From Alphaproteobacteria bacterium (GTDB lineage Bacteria > Pseudomonadota > Alphaproteobacteria > MPNO01 > UBA830), in the NCBI GenBank assembly GCA_964291215.2, contig OZ219790.1, positions 2,496,001-2,560,000 on the forward strand: a stretch of 64,000 bases of DNA. Reading direction: 5' to 3'. A program made the translations under genes and the position numbers. Positions 1-10,234 of the stretch are shown piece after piece. The notes under the pieces are model-generated. The model did not search any database and had not been told where the DNA came from. It saw nothing but the letters and a program-made list of their open reading frames with translations. Position 1 is the stretch's first letter, and each line of letters begins with the position of its first letter.

Positions 1-313
1 ACGACTATCTCGGGTTTCGCTGTCTGGCGGGGCTGCGCCATGTTGCGTCCTTCAGGGGGCAGTGGTCTGGCCGGGGCCTTCAAGTGCCGCGGCCGGTGGC
101 TGGAAGCCGGAGCAGCAGGGCTTGATCTGACAACACGCGACTGCTTGCGGCGCCGCGAACGTTTCCGAACCTTGCCTCCTTCTTTCGTAACTACCCAGGT
201 ACCCTGCCAAGTGTGAGAGCTTGCTGATTTTGTTCGCCGTGTCGCTGCTCTCGGCCTTGACTGCATAGGCGCGCGCGCCTATGGGTTGCCCTCTCGCATG
301 GGAGGAGCGGCTG

Positions 314-973
314 GTGGGGTATTTCGGATCGAAGGCGACGACGGGTCTGAGCCAGGCGCTGATTGCGCTGATGCCGCCGCACTCTGTCTATATCGAGAGT
401 CACCTGGGGGGCGGTGCGCTGATGAAGCGCAAGCCTGCTGCCGTGCGCTCGATCGGGATCGACCTCGATGAGCGGGCGCTTGAGGCCTTTGGCTGCGACT
501 ACCCGGTGGAGTTGGTGCATGGCTGCGCCCACTCCTTTCTGGCGTCGTTTGCGTTTCTGGGCCCGGAGCTGGTCTACAGCGATCCGCCCTATCTGCACGC
601 GACCCGGCGTTCGTCGCAGCGCTACCGCTTCGAGTATGCGGAGGCCGACCACGTCGCGCTGCTTGAGCTGCTCAAGGGTCTGCCCTGCCAGGTGATGGTC
701 TCGGGCCACCCGTCTGCGCTCTATGACGACCTGCTGTCGGGCTGGCGCCGGCTGGCGCTGCAGGTGACGACCCAGGCCCGGGTGCGGACCGAGGTGGTGT
801 GGTTCAACTTCGCGCCCGACCGGGTGCACTGGGCGCGCTTCGCCGGCCGGAACTTCACCGACCGCCAGCGCATCAAGCGCAAGGCGGCCAACTGGGGCCG
901 GCTCTACGAGGCCATGCCGGCGGGCGAACGCCTGGCGGTGCTGGCCGCGATCATGGCCGGCGAGGTCCCGTGA
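314..973 (+). CDS. DNA adenine methyltransferase (Dam/D12-like, alpha class), compact
   Basis: Motifs YFGSK, ESHLGGGA (SAM-binding motif I), IGIDLD, SDPPY (motif IV), VMVSG, EVVWFNF. GGAGG SD at 301 before GTG 314; the ORF track extends it to ATG 281. Confidence 0.88.
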   Translation: MGYFGSKATTGLSQALIALMPPHSVYIESHLGGGALMKRKPAAVRSIGIDLDERALEAFGCDYPVELVHGCAHSFLASFAFLGPELVYSDPPYLHATRRSSQRYRFEYAEADHVALLELLKGLPCQVMVSGHPSALYDDLLSGWRRLALQVTTQARVRTEVVWFNFAPDRVHWARFAGRNFTDRQRIKRKAANWGRLYEAMPAGERLAVLAAIMAGEVP

Positions 974-1051
974 CGGTGGCGCGAGGACCTCGCCGGCCAC
1001 GACGAGGCTTTTGCGTGCCTGCAGGACCTTTTCACCCCACAATGCCTGGCG

Positions 1052-2447
1052 ATGACGGTCATCAAAGCCATCCGGGCCAGGGGCTGCTGCGCCTGAGCGC
1101 GGCGCTGGTCAGGGAGAACGACGCGCTGGAGCGGGAGAACGCCCACTTGCGCGAGCGGATTGCCGAACTCGAGCGCAGTGCCGCGCTCGACAGCACCACC
1201 AGCTCCCGGTCGCCGGCCAGCGACGGTCTGAAGAAGAAGAGCGGACCCCAGCGCACCCGGAGCGGCACGTCCGACAGGCGGCGGCCAGCCACAAGGGAAC
1301 CACTCTGGAGCGGACCGCGACGCCCGACCACGTCGTCGATCATGATCCCTGCGCCTGTGCGGGCTGCGGCGCGCCGCTGTCGGCCGCTGAGCGTCACCGA
1401 GCCCCCGTCTGCCGGCAGGTCTTCGATGTGCCGCAGCCCCTTGAGGTCACCGAGCACCGCTGCCTCTGTGCCGCCTGCGGCACCGTGACGACAGCCGTCT
1501 TCCCGAACGGCGCCCCGGTCCAGTACGGGCCGCGTATCACCGCGTGGGGGACCTACCTGCTGCACGCGCAGTTCATTCCGGAGAAGCGCGTCGCCGAAGT
1601 CATGAGCGACCTCTTCGCGGTCAGGCTCTCAACCGCCACCATCGCCGCCATGGGCAGACGCACCGCCCGGCGCTTCGAGGGCTTCCTCGACCGTGTCGGC
1701 GAGATCATCCGCACCGCGGCCCCGGTCAAACACCTCGACGAGACCGGCATCCGCATCGCCGCCCGGACCCAATGGCTCCACGTACTGTGCACCCCGTTGC
1801 TGACCATCCTGCGCATCGCCGCCGGGCGCAGCCACATCGACGAGAAGCTCAACGGCATCGTCATCCATGACGACTACGCCACCTACTTCGCTCTCCAAGG
1901 CGTGCGCCACGGGGCCTGCAATGCCCATCACCTGCGCGAACTCCAAGCCCTGATCGAGATCGAGAACTGGGCAGCCACCACGCACCCGCTCCTCAGCCGT
2001 GCCAACAGAGCCGCCCGCTTCGCCCGCAAGAATGACCGCGACCTGCCCGCTTCACTGGTGGCCCGCATCTCCCGAGCCTGGGACCGCATCCTTGAGCAGG
2101 CCATCGCCTCTCACGAAGAGATGGCGCCCCTCCAGAGCGGAAAGCACGGACGACAAAAGCGCCGCATCGGTCACAACCTCGCCCTCCGGCTCCAGAAATA
2201 CAAGGAGGGCTGCCTGCGCTTCCTCACCGACCCGAGAACCCCCTTCTCGAACAACCAGGCCGAGCGCGACCTCCGCATGGGCAAGCTGCGCCAGAAAATC
2301 TCGGGCGGCTTCCGATCAATGCAAGGCGCCCGCGACTTCGCCAGCCTGCGTTCCGTCATCGCAACAGCCCGAAAGCAACGCTGGAATGTCCTCGAAACCC
2401 TGGCGCATCCCGATCCCATGCAGCTGATCCCGAGACTGCGCCTCTGA
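1052..2447 (+). pseudogene. IS66 family transposase, frameshifted near 1260-1430; main ORF 1428-2447
   Basis: N-terminal coiled coil plus SSRSPASDG in one frame. Zn ribbon, HLDETG, HDDY, CNAHHLREL and PFSNNQAERDLRMGKLRQKISGGFRS in ORF 1428-2447. Confidence 0.9.
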
Positions 2448-3926
2448 AATCCCCCGCCGCTCGCCTCCGCGTCCGCGGCAGCAGACCGGAAGCTTCAGTC
2501 CATAACCCGTGGCTGATCGCCGGAAGCAGACCTGGGCAGTTACCTTCTTTCTTGCGACGCGGCGGCTGGCCGACGATTGGGCCTACGGCCACCAGGTGGC
2601 GGAGACGTTCTGCGATCCGGCGCGTTTTGCGGGCACAAGGCGGCGGGCTGGCGTGCACTGAGCCGGACCAAGGGGTTTGCCCGCGGGCGCTACACCGACC
2701 CCCATGGCAAGGAGATTTTCGTTGTGCGGCGCGACGGCTGCTGTCGCAGGCGCTGCGGTAGCGCCGCCTGCCTCCTCGCTCCCCGGGGTTCCGAGGTAAT
2801 GCGTTCGCTGCACGAAGAGTTGACGGCGATCGAGGACTTCCGCCGCGCAGGAAGCACACGGTGTGCTCACGTTCTCGCCGAGCTTGCGAACATGAAAGGC
2901 AGCTGCGCAGTTTGCGCGGTCGCTGTCTCAGGACGAACTCGAGGCCATCGGCGGAACCCGAGGACGGAGCTGCGCGAGCCGCCCTCCAAGGCGACCCTCC
3001 ACAGGGCAGTCGATCGACCCCGAGGCGCTCGAGGATGTGCTCGGCCGCGGGCTCGCCCGGGCGCTTGCCGCCGACGGCAAGCGCATCCGCGGCGCCAACC
3101 GCAACGGCCACCACGAGACCGTGGCTCTCACGCCTCCGGCGCACCCTTCGCGCTGTTGAATTTCGACGACGGTGAGCTGGCGGCCACCTCCTCGAGCGCA
3201 CCGATGTCCGCGGCAAGGTGATCACCCGCACGACGCCGGCAGCGCTGATCACCCGGCGCTGCGGCGCAGACTATGTCTTCTCGGTCAAAGGCAATGCGTC
3301 CGAAACCTTCGACATCCTCGACGGCATCGACTGGGAGCCAGCGGCCGCTTCAAGGAAGAGTAAGGCCCGCCTCGAGCAGCGCGTGCCGCTCAAGGGCTTG
3401 ATCAACCACCCCGGCCAGATCGCCCGCATCAAGCGCTGCCGCGAACCGCTGGGAAAGAGCGCCAGCGGCGCAGCGAGCGGCAACGACTGTACATCATCAC
3501 CTCGCTCGATGCGCAACACGCGTCGCCAGAGGAACTGCTGCGGCCGCGGGCCGTGGAAAACATGAACCACCGAGACTGCGTCTTCGGCGAAGACGCCTGC
3601 CTGACCCGCAAACCGCGCCAGCCTCAACAACATCGCGCTCGCGGTGATCTTCGCCAACCGACGCGAGAGCCTCGCCGAAACACGGCTGCAGCTCGACCGC
3701 CGAGAAGCCGTCGCAGCTCTGATTCGGCCCTGAGCGCCAATGGCGTCCGGCCGATTTTCGGATGCCGCCCACAACCCGCCTACATCTCGAAAACAACCCG
3801 CCCACGCGCCGGCAACGCCGCCGGCGACGACCGCGGACGGCCCCGAAGCCAGAAAACCCGGCAGGTTGTACAACCTGCCTCCATCAGCAGTCGACAAGAT
3901 CGAATGCAGCGTGAGAAAGTCCTGAG

Positions 3927-4337
3927 ATGACGGGCGGGCCGGTTGCGGGGAGCGCGTTCGAGCGTCATATTGTGCGCTACATTGCCGAGCGCATGAACCT
4001 GACGCCGCCGTTGCTGGAGGCGTCGCTGCGCCGGACGAAGCCGGATCGCTGGGAGGCGCTGATGGGCACAGTCGCACAAGCCTGGATCGAACAGGGAAAA
4101 GCCGAAGGAATCGAGACGGGAAGAGCCGAAGGAATCGAGAAGGGAATCGAACGGGGCCGAATACAGACCTTGGCGGAACTTCTTCTTCGTTAACTGGCGT
4201 TGCGCTTCGGTGATGTGCCGGATGCGGTTCGCGAGCGGGTTCGCAACGCGTCGGCCGCCGAACTGGAGGCCTGGGTGGAGGCGGTGCTGGTGGCGGCGAG
4301 CCTTGATGAGGTGCTGACCGCCGGACCCGGGCGCTGA
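3927..4337 (+). pseudogene. Rpn-family (PD-(D/E)XK) nuclease / DUF4351 C-terminal fragment
   Basis: MGTVAQAWIEQGKAEGIETGRAEGIEKG then L(stop)LALRFGDVP..ELEAW..SLDEVL. In-frame TAA at 4191; 5' part removed at the ISAs1 end. Confidence 0.75.
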
Positions 4338-4595
4338 ACCGGCGCGGCCGACACACACACTTGCGTGGCGCGCGCGACATGACCATTGACTTTGGCGTCC
4401 TGAACAGCGCGGTCAGCGCAGGCTGCTGGCATGTTGCTCCGGTTGCGGGTCGGCTTCGAATACCGGCCTCGATTCCCTGACAAGCGCTGAGCCCGGTTTC
4501 GTTTGGAGCTGGGGATTTTCGGGTCAAGAGATACCGGGACGGTTTCGCGCGTGGAAGGAACCTGTGGGCTACGGCGGCAGACAGGTTATTCGGGC

Positions 4596-4850
4596 TTCAG
4601 ATCCCGGCGCTCCTGCGCCGAAAGGGTCACCCGGTAGAGCTTCCTGCCCTGAGAGTTGGCCATATGCGCCGCTCCTGTCATTGCGCCGAAGACCTGCGAG
4701 CATGCCCGTTGTCCGGACCTGCGCATGGGGCCGCTGCTGCCTGCCCGTTCGGCATCTTGCCCGTGTGGATATCGGCACTGCCCGGATTCCAACGAACGCC
4801 GACACGGAAATACTACCCACAAAAACCATCAATACAATGTCGGTGAACTA
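4596..4850 (-). mobile_element. IS630-family left-end fragment
   Basis: Highly similar to 20270-20526; encodes MANSQGRKLYRVTLSAQERRDLK. Confidence 0.75.
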
Positions 4851-4874
4851 CTGGGATGGGGAGATGCCGGACTG

Positions 4875-4975
4875 GAATCGCGGTATAGACCCGCGACGTC
4901 AGACCCAGCGAGTTGAGAGTTGTTCCGCGCCTCCGGCCAGACCATAGCGGTTGAACAAATCGGCGATCGTCCGGC
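4875..4975 (-). pseudogene. Short relic of an AbiEi-type antitoxin gene
   Basis: Translates RTIADLFNRYGLAGGAEQ..NSLGLTSRV, matching RTIADLFDRYDLAGGAEELFNSLDLVARV in 24246-25055. Confidence 0.65.
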
Positions 4976-5232
4976 GTCAAGCGTCGTGTTGGCTTCGTCG
5001 ATCGCGATTTGAATCTGAGAAACTCCAATTCTGACCAGTATTTCTTGAAGGGGATACGAGGGTCTAGCGTGGACCGTGCCGGGGTCTTGGCGTGCGGGTG
5101 CTGTTCTGGTTGTCTTGCTGGCTGAGTCCGCAAAACCGCAAGTTTCGGGTTGGCTACGTTCCCATGGTGGCCCATGATCCGGTCCTGTCGGCGGTCATCG
5201 TGGCCGGACGGCGAAAGCGAAGGAAAGTCGAC

Positions 5233-6210
5233 ATGTGTCAGGACATCGAACAGGTGGAATCCAGATACGGCCGCCATTGGCCGGATGGCGATGAAGCGCC
5301 GCCGGAGCGGTCTTCGGACCGCGCGGCTTTCGATTATGCGCGAATTGAACGTGCGTTGCGGTTCGTAATCGAGAATGTCGAGGCGCAGCCGCGCCTTGAG
5401 GATATAGCGGACGCGGCGGCGCTGAGTCCATTCCATTTTCAGCGCCTGTTCACCCGCTGGGCGGGCGTCAGCCCGAAACGGTTTCTCGGCTACCTGACTC
5501 TCGAACATGCCAAGCTCGCACTCGAGCGGGGCGCCGGCGTGCTTGAGGCTTCCGTGGAGGCCGGACTCTCGGCCCCGTCGCGCCTGCATGATCTGTTCGT
5601 GACCTTCGAGGCGATCACGCCCGGCGAGCACCGGACAGGGTGCGACGGTCTCGAGATATTCTATGGCGTGCATACCGGACCGTTCGGGGATTTCGTCGTC
5701 GGGGCGACCGATCGCGGCATATGTGCGCTGGAATTCCTCGATAGCGGCGGGCCCGAAGCCGCGATCGCGGCCATCTCGCGACGGTACCCCGGTGCGGAAC
5801 TGAAATATGGATCGCAACGCACCGGGGTGCTGTGCCGCGCGCTGTTCGATAGCCGGGGCGGCGGATCGCGCCGTTCTCCACAATTGTGGTGCCGCGGCAC
5901 CAATTTCCAGGTCAGGGTGTGGGCTGCGCTCCTCTCGATCCCGTCGGGCGCGCTTGCTACCTACAGCGATGTCGCACACGCTATCGGTGCACCGTCCGCC
6001 GCGCGCGCCGTCGGCAACGCGGTGGCCGCGAACCCGATTGCCGTCCTCATCCCCTGCCATCGCGTGATCCGGGCGACGGGGCTGTTCGGCACCGGCTACA
6101 GGTGGGGAACGGAACGCAAGCTGGCGCTGATCGGACACGAGCAGGCCCGGTCGGCGGCGCCTCCGGGCGCCGGCGGTCAGTCGATGCCGAGCACATCGAG
6201 CATGGTGTAG
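5233..6210 (+). CDS. ada: AraC-type HTH / methylated-DNA--protein-cysteine methyltransferase (Ada-like, no N-terminal Zn domain)
   Basis: LSPFHFQRLFTRWAGVSPKRF AraC HTH; GTNFQVRVW, ARAVGNAVAANPIAVLIPCHRV active-site motif. Confidence 0.9.
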   Translation: MCQDIEQVESRYGRHWPDGDEAPPERSSDRAAFDYARIERALRFVIENVEAQPRLEDIADAAALSPFHFQRLFTRWAGVSPKRFLGYLTLEHAKLALERGAGVLEASVEAGLSAPSRLHDLFVTFEAITPGEHRTGCDGLEIFYGVHTGPFGDFVVGATDRGICALEFLDSGGPEAAIAAISRRYPGAELKYGSQRTGVLCRALFDSRGGGSRRSPQLWCRGTNFQVRVWAALLSIPSGALATYSDVAHAIGAPSAARAVGNAVAANPIAVLIPCHRVIRATGLFGTGYRWGTERKLALIGHEQARSAAPPGAGGQSMPSTSSMV

Positions 6211-6986
6211 TAGCCCGGCGGCCGGTCCTTCGACCAGAGCGCAGCGTGCACGGCGCCGCGCGCGAATATCTGCCGCGACTGTGCCTTGTGGGTCAGTTCC
6301 AGGCGTTCGTCCTCCGCGGCAAACACCACCGTGTGTTCGCCGACCACGTTGCCGCCGCGGAGCACGGCAAAGCCGATATCTCCGCGCCCGCGTTCACCGG
6401 TCTGCCCGTGGCGGGTCCAGGCCGCGGCGTCCTCAAGGCCGATGCCGCGGCCCGTTGCGGCGGCCTCTCCCAGCCCGACCGCGGTGCCGGAGGGCGCGTC
6501 CACCTTGTGGCGATGGTGCATCTCGACGATCTCGATGTCGAAGGTATCGTCGAGCGCGCCGGCAACCTGACGGGTCAGGGCGAAGAGGAGATTGACAGCG
6601 AGGCTCATGTTCGGAGCGTGCATGACGACCGTCTTCTCGCCTGCCTGTCTCAGGATGCGGCTCTGGGCCGCATCGAGCCCGGTCGTGCCGATGATGTGGG
6701 GCACGCCGCTCTCGGCGGCGAGCGCCGCATGTCGGGCCGTCGGCTCGGGAAGGGTGAACTCGATGACCGCGTCTGCGTCCGCGAACACCGCTTCGGCGCT
6801 GTCGGAGATCTCGATTCCTGCCGGATCGATCCCGGCCACGGCGCCCGCGTCGTGGCCGATGGCGTCCGATTCGGGCGCGTCGCAGGCCGCGCCGATCCCG
6901 CATCCTTCGGTAAGCGCGATCTGGCGGATGATCGCGTGACCCATCCGGCCGCCCGCGCCGATGAGTCCGATTCTCATGTCGGTCAT
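6177..6986 (-). CDS. dapB: 4-hydroxy-tetrahydrodipicolinate reductase
   Basis: GAGGRMG NAD-binding motif, IGTTG, EMHHRHKVDAPSGTA signature. Confidence 0.96.
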   Translation of the reverse strand: MTDMRIGLIGAGGRMGHAIIRQIALTEGCGIGAACDAPESDAIGHDAGAVAGIDPAGIEISDSAEAVFADADAVIEFTLPEPTARHAALAAESGVPHIIGTTGLDAAQSRILRQAGEKTVVMHAPNMSLAVNLLFALTRQVAGALDDTFDIEIVEMHHRHKVDAPSGTAVGLGEAAATGRGIGLEDAAAWTRHGQTGERGRGDIGFAVLRGGNVVGEHTVVFAAEDERLELTHKAQSRQIFARGAVHAALWSKDRPPGYYTMLDVLGID

Positions 6987-7068
6987 ATATACGCTCCTCC
7001 CCGCCGGTTGCAGCCACGCCGGCAGGTTCTAGCACATCCGGGCGATTCCGGTCGCGCAACGCCCGCCT

Positions 7069-8190
7069 TCACGGGTCACTGTCCGCATTGTCCGCGCCGA
7101 GCGCCGGCGCCCGGCGCGGGTCCGCGCCGCCAGCTCGCAGTTCCGCCACGATCGGGACCGGCAGCGCCGGAATTATCTCCCCGTCCGCGTTGATCAGCTC
7201 GGCCCTGAACAGGCCGCGTACCTGGAAATGCGGATCGTCGAGGGCCTCGCGGACCGTCCGGACAACGGTTGCGCAGCAATCCGCATCCGCAAGCACCCCC
7301 TCCCAGTGCGACGCCGGGCGTGCCGCAATGATCTCCGCGACCCGCGCCGCCGTTATCTCCGGTGCGCTGCAGTCGTCGCGCAGCTCCTCGTCGAGCTCGA
7401 TCGCCTCGGCGAACGATGCCCAGAATCTGTCTTCGAGCGGCGCCGCGGCGACCAGGCGTCCGTCTGCGGTCGGGTAGAGGCGGTAGCGCGGCGAGCCGCC
7501 GGTGACGAGTTCGCCACCCGGAGTCGGCCAGGTGCCGCTGCCGAAGGCATTACCGAGCGCCCAGTATATCAGCGGGAACAGGTTGTCGGTCATCGCGATG
7601 TCGAGCCGCGTGCCGGTCCCGCTCTGCTCGCGCTCGCGGAGCGCGAGCAGGATGTTCATTACTGCGGGATAGGCGCCTCCGGCGATGTCGGCGATCAGCA
7701 CCGGCGGAACCACGGGCGCCTCCGCGTCCCCCGGGCTCAGGGACAGGAGCCCGGTGTCGCCGATATAGTTGAGGTCGTGCCCGGCCACATCCCGCTTCGG
7801 CCCGTGCTGGCCGTAGCCGGTGATCGAACAGTAGATCAGCCCCGGATTGACCGCCCGAACCGTATCGTAGTCGAGACTGAGCCGCGCCATGACGCCGGGG
7901 CGGAACTGCTCGATCAGGACATCGGCGCGCGCGATCAGCGGCTCGAGGCGCTTGCGGCCAGCCTCGTCCTTCAGGTCGAGTACGAGGCTCTTCTTGCCGC
8001 GGTTGAGGAGTGCGAAATTGACGCTCTCCGCCCCCCAGTGCGGCGCGTAGCCGCGCATCTCGTCGCCGCTCCCGGGACGTTCGATCTTGACCACCTCGGC
8101 GCCGGCCTCGGCAAGCAGGAGACTCGCCATCGGCCCCGGAAGGAGGGTCGAAAAATCCACCACGAGGACGCCTTCGAGCGGTCCTGTCAT
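7069..8190 (-). CDS. CaiB/BaiF family CoA transferase
   Basis: PLEGVLVVDFS..LPGP, GAEVVKIE, NRGKKS, FRPGVMARL, GHDLNY, ADIAGG. Confidence 0.93.
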   Translation of the reverse strand: MTGPLEGVLVVDFSTLLPGPMASLLLAEAGAEVVKIERPGSGDEMRGYAPHWGAESVNFALLNRGKKSLVLDLKDEAGRKRLEPLIARADVLIEQFRPGVMARLSLDYDTVRAVNPGLIYCSITGYGQHGPKRDVAGHDLNYIGDTGLLSLSPGDAEAPVVPPVLIADIAGGAYPAVMNILLALREREQSGTGTRLDIAMTDNLFPLIYWALGNAFGSGTWPTPGGELVTGGSPRYRLYPTADGRLVAAAPLEDRFWASFAEAIELDEELRDDCSAPEITAARVAEIIAARPASHWEGVLADADCCATVVRTVREALDDPHFQVRGLFRAELINADGEIIPALPVPIVAELRAGGADPRRAPALGADNADSDP

Positions 8191-8271
8191 TGTCGCATCT
8201 CCTCTCTCTGCCGATGGCTGCAATTCCCGCCTGCGCGCTTCGCGAGAAGGCGAGCCGGCCACCGCGTGCTA

Positions 8272-9438
8272 CTATCTCGCGACGAAGCTGCGGCCGATGA
8301 ACTGGCGATGGATCTGGTTGGTACCCTCCCAGATCTGAGTGATCTTCGCATCGCGCATCAGCCGTTCGACCCGATAGTCCGCGCAGTAGCCGTAGCCGCC
8401 ATGCATCTGCACCGCTTCCGTTGTCATGCGCATGGCGAGGTCCGAGGCCCGCATCTTGGCGATCGAGGCGGCGACGCCGATATCCTCGGTACCGGAATCG
8501 ACCAGCGCACCCACATGGTCGAGCCATGTCTCGAGCCCGGCAAGCTCGGCGGCGAGGTCGGCGATCATGAACTGATTTCCCTGGAACTCGATGATCCGGC
8601 GGCCCGACTGGCTGCGCTCGTTCATGTAGGCGACCATGTCGGCGAAGGCGGCCCGGGCGATGCCCCGCGCATGGGCGGCTACGCTCGGCCGCGACTTGTT
8701 AAGCGACGCCAGCAGCAGACGGAGCCCGTCTCCAGGGCCGCCAAGCAGGTTGGCTCGCGGAATGCGGCAGCCCGAGAACGACAGCTCGGTCGCCGACGAG
8801 GCGCGGTGGCCCATCTTGCGCTCGTTGCGGATGGCTGCGAACCCGGGAGTATCGGTCTCGAGGACGACCGCGGAAATCGCGGCTCGGTCGTCGTTGATCT
8901 CCGACCACTTGCCGAACAGCAGGATCAGGTTGGCAACATCGCCGCTGGTGATGAACGTCTTGCCGCCGTCGATCACGATTTCGTCGGCATCGGGCGTGAA
9001 GCGCGTTCGCATCGCCGTTGCGTCCGATCCCGCTGACGGTTCGGTGATGGCGAGCGATGCAATCCCGCCTTCGGCGATGCGCGGCAGCAGGCGCGTCTTC
9101 TGTTCTTCGCTGCCGTGGTCCACGACCGGTCCCATGGCGTGGTAGTTGGTGGCGTAGATGATTCCGGTCGAGGCGCAGGCCTCCGAAATCACACTGACGC
9201 ATTCGAGATAGAGGCGGTAGCTCATGGGCGAGCCGCCATAGGCCTCGGGGATGAATATCGCGTTGAGTGCCAGTTCGTTGAGCGCGTCGACGCTGGTCCG
9301 CGGGAACGTCGCGGTCTCGTCGAAGCCTCCGGCGTTCGGAGCGACGACCTCGTCGGCGACGCGTCGCACCTGGTCGAGAACCAACGTTTCGGCCTCTGTC
9401 CAGTGGCGCTGGCGCGCGATCTGTTCGAATACCTTCAT
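8272..9438 (-). CDS. Acyl-CoA dehydrogenase
   Basis: ITEPSAGSDA, GKTFITSG, AVQMHGGYGY, MRDAKITQIWEGTNQI. Confidence 0.95.
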   Translation of the reverse strand: MKVFEQIARQRHWTEAETLVLDQVRRVADEVVAPNAGGFDETATFPRTSVDALNELALNAIFIPEAYGGSPMSYRLYLECVSVISEACASTGIIYATNYHAMGPVVDHGSEEQKTRLLPRIAEGGIASLAITEPSAGSDATAMRTRFTPDADEIVIDGGKTFITSGDVANLILLFGKWSEINDDRAAISAVVLETDTPGFAAIRNERKMGHRASSATELSFSGCRIPRANLLGGPGDGLRLLLASLNKSRPSVAAHARGIARAAFADMVAYMNERSQSGRRIIEFQGNQFMIADLAAELAGLETWLDHVGALVDSGTEDIGVAASIAKMRASDLAMRMTTEAVQMHGGYGYCADYRVERLMRDAKITQIWEGTNQIHRQFIGRSFVAR

Positions 9439-9480
9439 GGTCGGTTCCTGTGCTGCGTCCGGGTCTGCCGCCAGGCGCGG

Positions 9481-10197
9481 TCAGTGGTGCATGCCGTGAC
9501 CGCCGTCGACATAGATCGTCTCGCCGGTGAGGTAGGGAATGGCGTTGGTCATCAGGCCGGCGACGAGCGTGGCGACATCCTCGGGCGTGCCGGGCCCGCC
9601 GGTCGGTATGCGCCCCTCGAGCCAGCTGCGCACCTTGGGGCGCGACAGGTAGTCGCGGTTCAGGTCGGTCGTCACGTAGCCAGGGGCTACGTTGAGGACG
9701 CGGATGCCGTCTCCGGCCCATTCGACGGCGAGGCACCGGGTGATCGCGCCCACGGCGGCCTTCGAGGCGCAGTAGGACAGCGCGTGTGGCACCCCCATCT
9801 TGTCGAAGAACGATCCGATATTGACGATGGTGCCGCGGGTCGCCCGGAGATGGGGATAGGCCTCGCGCGAGGCCAGCATCACCGCTGTGGCATTCAGCCG
9901 CATCACCTTCTCGAAATCTTCAAGCGCCAGGTCGGCGCTCGCCCCGCCGATATGGTGCCCGGCGTTGTTGACAAGGCCGGCCACTGGCCCGTCTTCGGCG
10001 ACCGAGGCGATGGCCGTAGCGAGCGCGGCCTCGTCGGTGAGATCGCAGGCGATGGCGCGCCCCGCCTCCGCGGTTCCTGATCGTGAGATCGAGACCACGC
10101 CGAAGCCGGCGCCGTCGAGCGCGCGCACGATTGTGGCCCCGATGCCGCGGCTGCCTCCCGTCACAATGACCTGCCCCGATCCGCGATCGTTGCGCAT
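9481..10197 (-). CDS. SDR family oxidoreductase
   Basis: TGGSRGIG, NNAG, YCASK catalytic motif. Confidence 0.93.
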   Translation of the reverse strand: MRNDRGSGQVIVTGGSRGIGATIVRALDGAGFGVVSISRSGTAEAGRAIACDLTDEAALATAIASVAEDGPVAGLVNNAGHHIGGASADLALEDFEKVMRLNATAVMLASREAYPHLRATRGTIVNIGSFFDKMGVPHALSYCASKAAVGAITRCLAVEWAGDGIRVLNVAPGYVTTDLNRDYLSRPKVRSWLEGRIPTGGPGTPEDVATLVAGLMTNAIPYLTGETIYVDGGHGMHH

Positions 10198-10234
10198 GTC
10201 CAGCCTCCCTCTGTCACGATGCCGCCGTCGCTCG

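Larger units (their letters stand above)
187..2543 (+). mobile_element. IS66-family (ISBst12-like) element type A, copy 1, carrying a DNA methyltransferase passenger
   Basis: Terminal IRs GTAACTACCCAGGT and ACCTGGGCAGTTAC; perfect 8-bp target duplication CTTCTTTC (179-186, 2544-2551); near-identical copy at 40513-42814. Confidence 0.92.
1..3924 (+). mobile_element. Degenerate ISAs1-family element with upstream DUF4338 gene, interrupted by IS66-A copy 1; 5' part lies outside the window
   Basis: DUF4338-like peptides (DYLGFR..., RRLADDWAYGH..ETFCDPARFAGT..GFARGRYTDPHG) on both sides of the IS66. ISAs1 transposase remnants (KRIRGA, ADYVFSVKGN, HRDCVFGEDA). Putative right end ...AAAGTCCTG at 3924. 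Many frameshifts. Confidence 0.7.

Noticed and set aside
314-973. Methyltransferase as part of a restriction-modification system
   Set aside because: No endonuclease or specificity gene nearby; it is enclosed by IS66 IRs.
4095-4155. Short tandem repeats (GCCGAAGGAATCGAGA) as a CRISPR array
   Set aside because: Coding EG-repeats of the Rpn C-terminus; no spacers or cas genes anywhere in the window.
6177-6210. Convergent ada/dapB overlap as a regulatory device
   Set aside because: Short 3' overlaps are common in GC-rich genomes; no further support.
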